From NCBI GenBank assembly GCA_013239625.1, contig MU054323.1, forward strand, positions 2,654,161 through 2,718,160: a stretch of DNA of 64,000 nucleotides, written 5' to 3'. This document shows positions 49,021-63,049 of the stretch, one piece after another. Within the stretch, counting starts at the first letter, position 1. Each line of letters opens with the position of its first letter. The notes below the pieces were generated by a model that saw nothing but the letters and a program-made list of their open reading frames with translations, did not search any database and was not told where the DNA came from. The stretch comes from Lama guanicoe (lineage: Eukaryota). The position numbers were made by a program, and so were the translations under genes.

Positions 49021-52000
49021 AGAAAATGTCCCAATAACCATCCCACCTGGCAGTTAAATCCCTTTCCTGACTGAAGGGCCTTTCCTGATAGAATGAGCTT
49101 TAACTATCTCTTCCCTCTGTGCCCTTGTTCTTGTGGGACCTTTCACGCCTGGGTTTGAATCACTCCTTTTCCAGTGCTTTTACTGGCACTGTGTGACCGA
49201 CAGCAGGTCACTTCCTCTTTCTGCACATCCGTCCCTTCACGTGTGTGGTTTAGATAGTGATGGTGCTTGCAGGCACACTGTGAAGAGTAATGAAAGCATT
49301 TAGCACCAAATCTGACATATTTGCTGCCATTTGCCTGTGAGACTCCCAAAGTCCTCTCCCAGGATCTCTTTTCTCACCACTGACCCCTCCAGCCTGTCCC
49401 CTCACTCTGCTCCCAGAAGCTGACATACGTGATAGTCTTCTGGGCATGCTAGTTTCCTTCACTCCTAACCATTCCCTGGTGGTGAGGTCTCACAAGGACC
49501 TTATATTCCTCATCTGTGTGTCCTCTCCGCACTGAGCAGATGAGATTGTGTGTAGGTCTGAATGGGGCAGATATCTGCACAAGGTTAGCATCTGAGGGGT
49601 GGATAGCACAACACCAAGATCCACCCACCCGACAGGCCTCTAAGTATGTTTCTTCCTGCCAATAGTCCCTGGTGATTGGACACACAGAGGGCACAGACCT
49701 AATGCAAGCCTGCTAATAAAATGGCCAGGCACACACAACCCGGTCCAACCCAAAACAGGAGCTCTGAGACAGTCAGAGTCACTGCTAAGACAATATTGGA
49801 AACAAGAATAAAGTCAGGCAAAGGCAACAAGAAGTAAAAGTCCAGAAACCAAGACAGAGTCATTGAGGGGAATACAGAGATGGAGCCCCAGAGCCCACAG
49901 CAAGTAAAAGTTCTAAGAAACCAGAAATTATTAGTGATCATAGAAACTGCATATATTGAGAATCTACTAAGTACCACCCGCTGAGCTAAGCCAAACATGG
50001 ATTATCTAATTTATTTTTTAACAAAAACCCAGAGAATGGGCACTATTATTAGTCCCACTAGAAGAAATTGAGTCAGAGAATGGTTAAATACTATGAGCTC
50101 CCACTGTCCTATTGTTCCTTATAAGAACCCCTCACATGATCCTCTATACCCAGCATGCACCCCCCCCCCGCCACGACTTAAAGTAACACGGGTAGAGCTC
50201 CTCTCCTCGCAAGTCAGGAGCAGAAAGTGCCGTGGAGACAAGGATTGCACACGAGACATGGGAAATGACAGGAACGGGGAGCACATGAGGAAGCACACAT
50301 CAGACATGGCCCAGACCAGCCCTACTGTCCTGAGTGGCTGCCCAGACCCCCAGCATGTCTAAATCACTCATCCTCCTGGGCCCTGAAGGTTTGTGTCAGG
50401 CATGACTATACCATTAATGACTTTGTATAGATCGTCCGTTTTCTTCCCAGCCAGCTCATGAGCCCCTTGAAAACAAAGACCATGCCTTCTCATGCTGTTT
50501 GTTCTTTGGCAAATGAGGGTGTCCTGAACATTTTCAGAAATCATCCCCTTGGCTCTGTTCAAAGTGCCAGTGCTCCCACCCATGTACCTAGAATCCTTTA
50601 GGGCTCTCCAAAGGCATCGGAGAGCCCTTAGGTGTAATCTGAGACCCACCAGCAGAATAAATAAATCCCTGCCCTGGTGGCAAACACTTCCCTTTACTTC
50701 TTCCCCTATAAAAGCAAACTTCTTCAACCCAATCTCACGAGTGCTCTCTAATGGGTTCTTTGTTTTGTTTATTCCACTTAGTTCAAGCCAGAAGCAAACA
50801 AGAGAAAATGCACAAGGAACCACATAGCATAGTGTACAGCATGCACTCAGGAACTCTGTGCTTCTGTCAATACTGCTCACTTTGAAGAATGAAAATTTTT
50901 GTGTTTTAAATGCCCCCAAAATTATCAGGCAGTGGGTAGTAGGTCCTGCAGCCAAGAAGCCTGCTTCCCAGCTCCTGTGCACACTTGCTGTGTGAACGAG
51001 AACAGTGTAAAACTCAGGCTCCCAACTCTGAGGCTCCCAGATGGCCCCCTCCGATAGTAGTGAACAGAGAAAGTTAGACTAGTCCACACCTCCGTGTGGG
51101 GACGCAGCTCAGAATGCACCTGTAGGATCAGCCTCAGAAGTTATTTCTGCAGGGCTGCACTGAAAAGGAGAATCCTGACCTGAAAGAATGGCAGATGCTG
51201 AAATTTACAAAGTTGAAAACCCCATGCAGGTTTCAAAATAGCAAGAAAGGAATCAAAGAAATTCCAAAATTCAGGAGCCAGAGCTAAGCTATGAAGACTG
51301 GAGCAAAAGCAAGCAGGTAGGGGGTCTACAAAGGTGGGCATAGCAAGAGTGAGGTGGAAATGAGGGCTTTCAGAGAGACCATGCAGTGGTTTTCAAACAT
51401 TTTTAGTAAAAGAACTCTCTTTCAAAAATGAAACATATGTAAACCTAACACATAAACAGATTTTAAAAATCAGTTATTAGTAAATTAATACATTTACTAA
51501 TTATAAAAACAATTGATAAGAACAATGAAATTATTAGGATGAAAAATTTGAAATGGAGGAAGACCCTGCAGCATCTAATTTATTTCAGAATGTTATCTTA
51601 GCTCTGTAGTTTCCAAGGAAATATAAATCCCACTCAAGAGACAAGTTGTTGTAAATGATAATAGTTCTTTTTAACCATTGCTTTGCAATAGAATAATCTT
51701 TAATTAGGCAACAACGATAGAAAAAATCAATATTCTGAAATTTGCACAAAAAAAAGTGAGCAAATATGTTGAAGAACAAATCAAATGTGCATAATCACTA
51801 AAGGAAAGATTCCACTGGTTTAAAAATCCCCAGCCAAGAACATCTACTAATATTTGCCACTTGATTTCATGGATTGGCAATGGGCTGGAAGCTGGCCCAG
51901 TTGGCCTGTCTTCAAAGTTTCTTTCTGTACGGAGTGGACATACAAGCCAAGGAGGCCCCTGGTGGGGAACTGGTGAACAGCCCAAGAATTCAAGTTAAGA

Positions 52001-52069
52001 AGAAAGAAACTACTTCATCCACACCATCAAATAGCTTAAAAGGGTAGTAGAAAGAAGGAAAAAAAAATA

Positions 52070-52270
52070 AAGTAGAGTTTGACAGGCTCAAGACAAAACT
52101 CCAGATGTATCATTTATTAGGTAAGTGACTTTGGGCAAATTACTTAAAATTTCTGAGCCAAAATGTTCTTATCTGTAAAACTGGGATACTAATTTTCTTT
52201 TACTGGATTGTTACAAATATTAAACAAGGTGCAGTGTGTACAGACCGGGCCATTTAGTCGTTCACTAATG
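52070..52270 (+). mobile_element. MIR SINE
   Basis: GTGACTTTGGGCAAATTACTTAA..TCTGAGCC..TTCTTATCTGTAAAACTGGGATA. Confidence 0.8.
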
Positions 52271-55129
52271 AGGAACAAGGATGGAGTAAGACTGACCTGA
52301 GGGAGGAGGACACCGGAGCCTGGTGGTTGTCTAGGGAACCTGATTCAGACCTGGGAGGGTCTCAGGAACAGACCCTCATCAGGTGGAGAGGGGAGGGAGG
52401 GAATGAGGACTCACTTGGTTCTTCCTACCTCCTTGAGGATTGTTACAGGGGACAGAATAGAGCCCAGATGAAGAGCTGGAGAGGGTAGAGGCTGAGGGCC
52501 ACAAGGACCAGGAGACGTGGCAATAAACACGGGCAAGTGTAAGGAGGACCCTTGTGCCCGAGGGTCACTCTTCTGGGATTCCTCTGCATGCAGATTTCTG
52601 CAAATAGACACCCCTGTGCATTTTCCTCCCAAAAGCCTGTAGAGGAGAGATGGCAGCGCCCCTGCAAGACTCTACAGCAGATCAAGCAGAAAGGGGCACA
52701 CCAGCGCAATGCTGCCCGGAGGTGTCTATCCAGCCCTGTGCCCTGAACCCGCATACACTGTGAGCTCATCACTTCATTAGTGAAAGTTCCAGGCACCTCT
52801 CCCTGTTCAGGATCAAAGACTCGTGTTTTCTTATCCTTTCCCAAATTAAAAAAGCTGCCTGCTCTCATTCATATATATGATTCCTAGAGAATTTCTGCCC
52901 TATATTCAACTATGGGGAGCTCTTTGTTAAACAGGATCCTATGTTTCCTTTACCCCAGATTACTTATCACCCTTATAGCTAGCTGACTCACCTACTCTGC
53001 TCTATAGCTTTGTCAGGTCTATCTAATCCCTAATTAGAGATGCGCCAAGATGGGATAAAAGGGTAGATTCTTCAGGGAGAGGAAGAAAGTGAAGCCCCAA
53101 ACATGGCAGCCTTCCCCACAACGTGCAGGAAAGCAACACCTTCAACACAATCTGATACCTTCTCTTGGGTAGAATTTATTGAATCCCAAAGGTCCTCTTA
53201 ATTCCCACACTGCCGATCTATGACTCAAAGCTTTAAGTCCTGTGAGTGAAGGGCCCCATAGGCATGTGGCTTCTCGTCAGAACAATATATCAAAGGAGAG
53301 AGAGTCCACACCCCCGCCTAATGGATCTCTTAACAAACTTATATAAAGATCACCAATGCACAGAGATCATTGTCCTACTGACAGGGAGCTATAATTGATT
53401 ATTGTGACTTAGATGCTTGGAGAGTGATTCATTAGGGCCCCATCATCTCTGTCATTTTTAATGGGAAGGGTTGGGTGGTGCGTAAACATGGTTATGACAG
53501 ACAAGGAGAGAACAAACAGACCGGAGAGAAAAAGGACCACAGAGGTCCCTGCAAGGTGAAGCCTTTCTTTCCCAGAAGGTTAAGATAATTCTGTCAGAGA
53601 CGTTCTTCCAACAACTGCCCTGACCCAGTGCTACAGCAGGACCTAAGCAGTACAAAGCCACAGCACCCTCCCAGGCATCTCTGAACGTCAAGCTCAGATC
53701 TCCACAACAAACACAGTTAAATGAGTGGCTGGGAGGTTACGGCTGTACTGATTCTAGAGTTTGAGTTGTCTTAGGATACCCACAGAGGAAGTGTGAGCAC
53801 GCTGACCTTTACTGAGGGTCAGTAAACTCCAGCTCAATAACCGATGCACGACACTCCTTAACCTAACCTTACAATTAAGATCACAATGAACCCCAAGGAG
53901 CTTGATTCCTTGCTATCTGGAAAAAAAAAATCACTTCATTATGATCTCTAGGAGAAAGTCATATCTGAGTCATCTTGAATCCATCTCATTTTCTAGCATA
54001 ATGCCTGGCACATACTGGGGACTCCGAATTGTTTACTGAAGTCCTGGAATCTGGTTGTGTAACCGGTATTACCCACTTCACCAAAGGACTGTCCCTTTTT
54101 TTCTTAACATACAAATTAACCATTTAAATCACTATCCAAATTATCAGGATATCCAGTTTCTCTTTCTTGGGATTTCCTTGGCCTAGAATTGCCTATGAGT
54201 CCAATGTTTATTCAAAACCAAAGGGGCCATTCCAACTTTTAAACTCCAAGTAAAGTGAGGACCAGAGAATCAGATTTGTCCACAACTAAAACCCCGGGTC
54301 TGATTGCTATGGCTCTGGTCTTTGCCATACCGATTTCTGTCAAAAATAGATGTATTTGGATACACAGCAGTGATAACACCCTTTCTGGTCCAGATTCCTA
54401 TGCAAACAGTAGAGTTTCTTCCAGAGAAACAATTCCACATAAGGTACTGCAGAGTTGGGCTTGGCCAAGGATGAATCAAGCTTGGCCTCCCAAGGTCTTT
54501 GCTTCCCCATCGCATGCTCAGCTACTGCTCCCTGAAACAGAAGGGGCTGGACAAGGGGAGGAGCTCCCAGCCCTCGCTTACCTCTATGCCAGCTCCAGCC
54601 CCATCCCTCCTCTCCCTGCAGCACCCGGCAGACCCCCTCGAAGCCTGGCATTGGGTCACCAGGCCAGACTCCACTGAGTTCCCTTTGGGGGCATACGGTC
54701 TCGAGGAAACTCAGTCTAAATAATCGCGATCCAGTACTGTCCCCCACAAAAGAAGTTAGTTTCCATTCTTTACTCCTAAAGAAGGATTTCTGCCCTTCTA
54801 CAAATTACCCATCAGCAACCATCCCCACCAGTTCTAGGATAGACTGACTTGGTGAAGTCACAGAGGTTGGCCTTACATTACAGAACAAAGCTGTCATTCA
54901 AGTGTTGTTTTTCCTGAAAAGAATGAGATGTGCTCTAAAATGTTCTCCTGATTTCACTTAGAAAGACAGAAAAGCAGAGACGTTGACAACTGTAAATGGA
55001 AACTTGAAAAAATTTTTCCTTCTTCATTTTTTAAGATTAAAACTTTTAAAATTAATCACTCTTCTCAGTTTAGGGCACATTATTGTCATTATTTTGTACA
55101 CCTTGTCCTTTTATTATTTTTCCCCTTTA

Positions 55130-56875
55130 ATGCCTATTTCAGACTCACTGTCCCTCTAACCCTAAGCATTCTCATGTGTTTAATCCACATCTTTCTGTTT
55201 ATATCTGTTCTTGTAAAATACGCATTGTTTTGTGTAATCTCATTCAATTTCCCAATTTTTAATTATGCACTATATTTTAAGGTCCATCAATATTTAGTCC
55301 GTTGCTTCTAACTTACAGCATAGTGCCCCATGATAAACAGCCCCATATTTTAACTACCCACTCCCCAGGGGATGGACGCTGGGTTGCCTCAAACACCTTC
55401 CACCATAAACAGTGCTGCAAGCCCATCCTCATACAGGTCGCCTATGGACGTGTGTGAGCGTTTTTGTGCTGGGTCACAGAGTATGAGCACACTTGACTTA
55501 GCCAAACACTGCCAGACTGCTCTCCAGAATGTCTGCCCCAGTCTGCAGTCCCCAAGCAGAACATGAGACCTACCCCATACGCCTGCCGTCCCTAACACTT
55601 GACATTATCAAATTTCATCATTTTAGCCAGAATAAGAAATATGAAGTTGTATTTTATTATTTAATTTGTTTCTCTTCATTTACTCTAGTAAATTGGTTTA
55701 TTCATAACCTTGGCCCATTTTTCTGCTGGAGCTCCTCTTTTGTATAATGCTTTGTAAGAGTTGTTTTTATGTCCTAGATATTAATATCTTGTCTATATTA
55801 GACATTATAAGAATATTACCCTGATTGTTAAACTGTTATTAACTTTATATGTCCTTAAATTTAACATGATCAAATTCATCAATTTTTCTGCCTTATGCAC
55901 TGTGTTTTGTTTTTGTTTTAATTGAAGTCCTGTCAGTTACAATGATGTTTTAATGGGTTCATTTAAGAAGTTCTTCCTCCCTCCTGGGCCTTAAAAGTAT
56001 TCTCCTATATTTTCTTAAATTAGCATTGTAGTATTTATTTCCTTCCACATCTAGGTCTTTAATCCATCTGAAATTCATCTTTGTATATTATTAGCTTTAT
56101 TTTTCTTTACATTGTGAGGCAGTTTTCCCAAATCCAAATATTAAATTATTTATTCCCTCCTTTCATTGATTTGTTGTGACAGTTTTCTGAAATGTTAAAG
56201 TCCCAGATGTAGATATAAGTATACATAGAGCTAGATATGCATATATAATATGTACATATATGGATGATATATCCACATAATGCATATAGATACAAATGAC
56301 ATCAATGTAGATGTTTTAGATATACAGATATCAGTCTGTCTCCAAGTTCTCTCTTCTGTTTCATTGGATTATTTTTTTCTTTTACACAAATATTACTCTT
56401 TGTAACATGACTCTCTGGCAAGAAAAATATTCTCTTTAATTTTTTAAAATTCACTTGGCTATTCATAGACCTTAATTCTTCCATATATTAGAATATTTTT
56501 ATCAATTCCTTCAAAAATATCACCTTGTAATTTTAAATGAAACTGTATTGAATTTGTAAATTAATTTGGGGAGAAAACAACTTGATAAGATTGACTCATT
56601 CCATACAAGAACAAGGGCTATCTCTCCATTTCAATAAATCATTTTCTATGCACTCCAATAAAATTTAATGTTTTTCCATAGAGATCTTGTGTATTCTTGA
56701 TTAAGCCAACTCCTAGATACCTTATCATCTTTATTGACATTATGAAGGTTACCTTCTCTTCTATGTTTTAGTTGATAGTTGATTATTACTAATGAAAAAT
56801 CACGTTAAATATATGTAAGCTGATCTGACAGAAAACTTACAGAACTTTCTCATTACTTCTAATAGTTTGTCTGTT
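55130..56875 (-). mobile_element. Old L1 (L1ME-like) ORF2/3' fragments
   Basis: ATAAACAGTGCTGC, CACTGCCAGACTGCTCTCCA, CATCTAGGTCTTTAATCCATCTGAAATT, ATTGAATTTGTAAATTAATTTGGGGAGAA are antisense L1 hallmarks. Confidence 0.75.
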
Positions 56876-58689
56876 CTTTTCTTTCTTAATGGAAACTTCT
56901 TCTAACTTTATCTTACCAGTTACCTCACTGAGCTACAGTTACAGCAGATACTCCTTCTTGGAATCTTTTTTTTTTTCTTTTAGCTACATAGAGATTATAG
57001 ATTTAAAAAACTGAACAAGTCACTTTTTTTGAAGAAATAACAACATGGTGAATAATGGGAACCAAGAAGAAAGATCTAACTCTACTTTAATATGGAACAT
57101 GTTCTTCATAAAAGCTACAACTGGAAGTAAATATGTCTTTTGGTTCTTAGAAGATTTGTGAATACTGTTAAGTGTAAATTTGTTTTGTTTAACAGTTGTG
57201 TAAATAATGTTACCCATCAGCAATAAATTAAGACATAAAGGTTATATGAGGGTATATAAAAACAAGTCCTTCAACAGCTGTGTTAAGAAAATGTCCTGTG
57301 AAAAGAAGTGGAAGAACATTTGTTACACAGCAACACTGACAGTTACAAGCACAAGAACAGTCACTTAGCCTGAGTCACCCGGGCAAGAGGCTAACTACTG
57401 CATGTGGTCCTCCCAAGAAATGTCTGTTTCCTCTTCCTAGGTGTCCAGTTCTACATCCTTCATCCTCTGTCCTCTTTACACCTTTGGCTACAGTATGCAC
57501 AGTTAAGGTTATCCCAGCTGGGAACATTTGTGAAGAATGTTCCCTGGTCATTGAACTTTTATCAGTTTTGTTGGGTACATTTCAAGCAGTGGCAGATGTT
57601 TCCCCTGTGCTATTCATAGTCTTCCTCATGTTTCCCCAAGCAGGAAGAGCCCTAAAGCAAAGGGGGGCTATCTCTAATTAAAGGCAGGAATACTACATGC
57701 TAAAAGTAAATTCAGTTTGGAAGGAATATGTCACAAGTTTCAAAACCCTTCCATGGACTTTTAAATGACGGTAAGGATCCTGATCACAAAGAGGTCATTT
57801 GGAAGAGCTGTATTCTTTCCTGCCACCAAGGCCTTTTCCTGATTCTTTTCTTACAGCCTATCAAAGAGCAGCTGGAAGGCCTCCATGGCTCCACCCAACA
57901 GCAAACACAAGATTCCATTCCCATCTTGGACAAGGACTGAGAACCCCTCCACTTTGTAGTAAGCAGAGAGACCTGCCGTCACCAAAGCCAGCTCCCTGAG
58001 GAGTGAGTTGGGGCCAGAGGAAGGAGTGACCAGGACTGGGACATGAATCTTGCTCAGTTCTTTTAAGGCAGACACATGCTGCCACCTGGTTCCCATTACA
58101 GCCTCAATACAGTGAGACTCGCCCACTGAGGCACCCAGGTGGAAGAATGAAGCCGAGGCCCTGTGTGCTTGGAGCCCGGAGAATGTTCCCAGCGTATCAC
58201 AATTACAGAAACATCTGTGCCCAACAGCTTCCAGCCGAACTGCTGTGAAAATTTACAGTGTTCGATTGCTTTCAGAATTTCTCACTTCTCAGCCTGAGGC
58301 AGGGTGGTCTCAAGACTGCCAGTGAGTTGCTGCAGGAAGTGAGAGAGATCACAATTTCCAGCGTTTGGATGAAATGTGGCATAAGGGTGTGAGGGGTAAG
58401 CATGGAGCCTTGAGTACTGTGGACCTCCATCAACTGATCATTTCTTCCTTCCTATTCCATTCAGTCAACATATACTTGCTGAGCATGGTGGGAACTGCCT
58501 TTACAATGAATCAAAATCTGAGTACAAGTTGGGCCTCAAAGAGCCAACAACTTAGTGAGAAATAACCAATGGTCAAAAGGATTCAAATAATAAAATATTT
58601 ATTTTGAAACCATAAGACGTCAATGAAAAGGCTATCATATGTTATACTAAATGTAAACAAATCCTCTTGGTTTTGCAAGTGCCATCCAG

Positions 58690-58855
58690 AACAGCACTAC
58701 TCTAATTAAAGTCCTTCAATTAGCAACCTGATATCTTGTTAGAAGTGTAAATTATCTGACCCCTCACGCCTGACCTACTATCTGGGACCAGGGCCCGGGA
58801 GTTTGTGTATTGAAAGCTTTCCAGGTAATACTCACTAAACCTTAAGAAGCAATGA
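58690..58855. mobile_element. MER5-type hAT fragment
   Basis: CTTGTTAGAAGTGTAAATT..GACCTACT..GGGCCCGGGAGTTTGTGT..TCCAGGTAAT. Confidence 0.55.
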
Positions 58856-59296
58856 TCAAGTATATAGACAAACACAAATGAATTACCTAAAACAACCCAA
58901 CTTGATTTTTCCAGGGGACCAGGGCAGACAGGCAGAAGGGCAGACTGGCCAGTGCAGTGTTGCCAGAGGTCACGGCATTTGCTGGGAGTGGGGTAGGGTT
59001 TACTGGAGTAGTAGTAAAAGCTAGCAAAGGGAAGAGTTGATACCAAGTCTTTGAAAATCACGGAGATTATGCATGTGGATATTTCCTTAAAACACTTAGA
59101 CCTTGTTAATATCGGATGCCATGCAAAGACTTCTCAACAATTAAGAGGATAAACTATGGCTGTGTGGTTGGGAAAACTGGCCAACAAGACCTCTGTCACA
59201 ATTTACAGAACATCCACACAGCTATCACTACCTCCTTATCATGCTATGAACTGAGGATTTTCACTTTTTCCCGCCTTCTAAGTGTTGGAACCCTTT

Positions 59297-59752
59297 TGTG
59301 ATGGCTAACGTTTTATGCCAACTTGACTGCAACACAGGTTGCCCAGATATTTGGTTAAAACGTTACTCTAGATACATCTGTGAGGGTATTTCTGGATGAG
59401 ATGGACATCTGAATCAGCAGACTACGTGAAGCAGATTGCCCTCCCCAGTGTGGCTGAGTCTCATCCAATCTATTTAAGACCTGACTAGAGCAAAAAGGCA
59501 GAGTAAGATATAATTCTCTCTCTGCCTGTCTTTGAGCGGGAACATCAGTATCTGCTGCTTTCAGACTCAGACTCAGATTAGAACTTAAACCATAGGTAGC
59601 CCTGAATCTCTAGCTTGCTGGCTGCATATCTTGGGACTTAGCCTCCACAGGCATTTAAGCCAATTACTTATTATAAATCTCTTTTTATATATGAATACAC
59701 ACACACACATCTCCCATTAGTTCTGTTTCTCTGGAGAACCCAGACTCATACA
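59297..59752 (+). mobile_element. MLT2-type (ERVL) solo LTR with 5-bp TSD
   Basis: TGTGATGGCTAA..CAACTTGACTG..GCCCAGATATTTGGTTAAA...GTTCTGTTTCTCTGGAGAACCCAGACTCATACA; TG...CA ends; CCTTT at 59292-59296 and 59753-59757. Confidence 0.92.
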
Positions 59753-60435
59753 CCTTTGTTTAGCAAAACGCATAGTAGACAGGTAAGAAGTGCCCTGGGC
59801 CTCCAAACCCTTCTATTTCCAGCTTTGATAGGACTCATCAAAGCTCTCAGGGATTTTAAACCAGGAACTTAAAGAAACCTGGGAGTGCTCTTCAAGTATT
59901 CTAAGTTCACTGTCTTCAACTAGCCCACACATACTCCCTGCCCATCCCATCTCCAACCTGGTCAACTCTGTAGAAATCAAATACAGGCTACCACTTCCAA
60001 AGTCATTTTAACCTCCCTAGGAAAGACAAGTACCCTCACAAATACTGCCACCGTTTCCAGTGTATTTCCCCTTCTTCCTCAGGACAGAGAGTTCAATAAT
60101 CCAGTCATTTGAAGATTGATTCCAATTTTCTGATTTGACCCTGAGCTCTGTTCCAGGACCTATAAGAGGGAGAGGCAAGACACTACACCATAAACCTCTC
60201 TGACGTAGGATGGAAACTCCACGAAGGCAACACGCTTTCAAGAGGCTTCTACAACCACCACCGACTGCCCCCCTAGCAGGCATTACTCAATACCTATAAT
60301 GCAAAAGTTCTCAGCACAGCCACGTGGCAGTTTTATGCTGAGCTGAGCTTCTAGTAACACAGGAGCAAAACTGATACTTAGTAAGTGGCCAAAGGCTGAA
60401 CCTTCTGATTTCCCATTACATCACATGTCTCCTTG

Positions 60436-62173
60436 TTTTTTTCCCCCAACTTTATTGAGATAGAATTGTTATATATAAAATAATTTTATTTTATAAATAA
60501 AAATTATATACATTTAAGTTGTACAATGTGATGTTTGATATATAAATATATATAGTGACACGATTACCACCAATAAACTAATTAACACATTCATCATTTC
60601 ACATACCTTACCATGTTTTATGCGTGGTGAGAACACTTAACATCTACTCTTTAAGCAAATTTCACATATACAGTAGAGTATTATTAACTATAGTCACCAT
60701 GCTTATTTCAAACGACTTGTTATCAAGTTAGCTAATTCTGTATTTTGCATGATCCAGTTTGTGGTTGAAGCTTGGTACTGAGTTTTTCAGTTTAGTTATT
60801 TTATTCTTTACCTTCAGGATTTCTGTTTGATTCTCTTTTACAGTTTCTATTTATTGAATTTCTCATTTTGGTCATACATTGTTTTCTCGATTCTCTTGCA
60901 CTTCACTGAGCTTCTTTAAGATGATTATTTTTAATGTTTTGTCAGGCAACTTGTAGCTTTCCATTTCTTTGGGGTGAGTTACTGGAGCTTTATTAGTTTC
61001 CTTTGATGCTGTTATGTTTACCTGATTTTTCATGATCCATGTTGCCTTGCATTCGTGTCTTTGTGCATTTGAAGGTGCAAAACACCTCTTCCAGTCTTCA
61101 CACACTGGCTTTGGCAAAAATGATCTTCTCCTGTCAGACCTCTGGGTGATGGGACTGTGTATTGCACTGCAGTTGAGCAGGATTGGAGCTGGGTCATTTG
61201 GCTGCTGCTGGATCCACACTGTGGTCTGCAGTTGGTAGACTAGTTACTTGGAGCTTAGGCAGGTGTGGATCCTGCCCAGTCTGTAGGAAAACAGGACTGC
61301 CTCTAGGACCCTGATCAGTAGGCTGGCACTGGGACAGGGTCCATTTCAGGGTCTGCAGCTGGGTCTTAAGATGGTGGGCCCATTACCAGGTGTACAGAAA
61401 TGTATGATTCCCATCATGTCCCCAGGAGGGCTCCTGCTACATCTCAGGGTGGGTCCCTGGGTGGGCAGAACTGGCCCCAGACTATGATTGGGTACAGCGC
61501 AAACCAAGCCACAGAATGACATCAGGGTCCACAGCTGGGATCGAGATCTATAGGTCTGCCTCCAGGGATGCAGTTAGGCATGCCTCCTGGCCAGGTTCCC
61601 ATTGACTGTTCTGAACAAGATTGGAACCAGGTCACAGGGCTACTACAGGATCCACAGTTAGACTAAGGTCAGCAGACCTGACTTTAAGGAACACAGAGGA
61701 GTGTGTCTCCCACTGAGTCCCTGGGCGGGCAGGACTGACCCCAGACCACAGCTGAGAGGGGCTGGAGCCAGGTCGTGGGCTGCTTCAGAGTCCACAGGCA
61801 GGACTGAGGTCAGCTGGCCTGTTATTCAAGGCACTGGTGGGTGTGTCTCTGCCCAGGTCCCTAGGTAGTTGATGCTGGTAGATGACATTGGCAGGACCAA
61901 GGATAATTGAGGCAGAAGCCAAGTCCATAGCGGGATGAGGCTGTTTTCAAGTCTATAACTAGGACCATGGTTGGTGAGCCAGCCATAGGGCTATGCCTTC
62001 TCAGAGTAGCCCTCCTTGGTCTTCAGCTCCATTGGGGTTTCACAAGCTACTACCTGGATCCCAAAGTTTCCATAAAGATCCTTCTTCCTTTGACGGTGGC
62101 CAAATCATTTTTGCCCAGGGTTGGGGGGGATACAAGCAGGGACCCTCCTACTGAATCACCTTGCTGACATCCC
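60436..62173 (-). mobile_element. Old L1MA/L1M-type element: 5' UTR and ORF1 N-terminus joined to an L1 3' end
   Basis: 3' end 60436-60703 (TTTATTGAGATA..GTGGTGAGAACACTTAACATCTACTCT..ACTATAGTCACCATGCT). ORF1 remnant MKNQVNITASKETNKAPVTHPKEMESYKLPDKTLKIIILKKLSEVQEN. L1-like start (reverse GATGTCAGCAAGGTG..GTAGGAGG) near 62170. Confidence 0.8.
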
Positions 62174-63049
62174 ATTTTTCTGCATTGGTTCAGAGATCCC
62201 TGATTCGGTAACAGATAAGGGGCAGTAGGAGCAGACATTGGCAACTGTGCCAGAAATTCTAGTTGCTCCTATGTAGTTCCAGATCTAAGTTGAAGGGTAG
62301 TATTAGATTTGATAATGCTTGTTGGCATTCTTTTGTGGTGGTTTGTGTTTAAGTTTCTGTTGCTTAGTTGGTTCATTGAATTGGGGGTATTCTGTTTTAT
62401 TTTGATTTGTTGTTGCTTTGAAACCATTGATCTGAAGGAAAACATGAGTTAAAACAGAGCAGTGTAGAGGCATGTAATAAATTATTCTAAAAATAAACTA
62501 TGATCATGTATTTAACTTCATAGAAACAGGAAGAATTTATCAACCAGGCTTTAAATTTGTCTTGATCCTAACCCCACAGAGGAACAGTAGAAAAAAAGAA
62601 GAGAAAGGCATCCCCATTATGTCTTCGACAGAAAAATCTGGATTCTGGCCAGTCATAAATATGTGCCCGACTGTAAAACATTTAAGGGAACATAGGCAAG
62701 GGGAAAAAAGAGTTTCTTTTTCATTATAATGGGAATTTTAAAATAATCAAATAAAAGAAATTTGGGCTATTATATCAGAGACTTTATACTGCCCTTGACC
62801 TAGGAGACAGGGCCACGAGCTGGCACTCATCTCTAAAACATACAAGCATGTTTCAAAGAGAAGAATACAATTTGTGAAAACAGAGAGCAACAGCAAAGGC
62901 AGGGCCATTAGAGGGCTTCCAGAATAGTCCTCACATCCGGTAAGTGAGGAAGATGAGACTGGAAGAGGAAAATGGGCAGAAAGCAAATAAACAAACACAA
63001 ACAAGCACTTCACCTATCAGTAAATGCAAATAACTGTAAATACATGTAA

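Noticed and set aside
50368..50982. 204-aa minus-strand ORF
   Set aside because: No recognisable domain, non-ATG start, no exon structure; likely chance.
56965..57700. Possible minus-strand processed pseudogene after a T-run
   Set aside because: No polyadenylation signal at the expected distance, no TSD, and no recognisable protein in the frames I translated.
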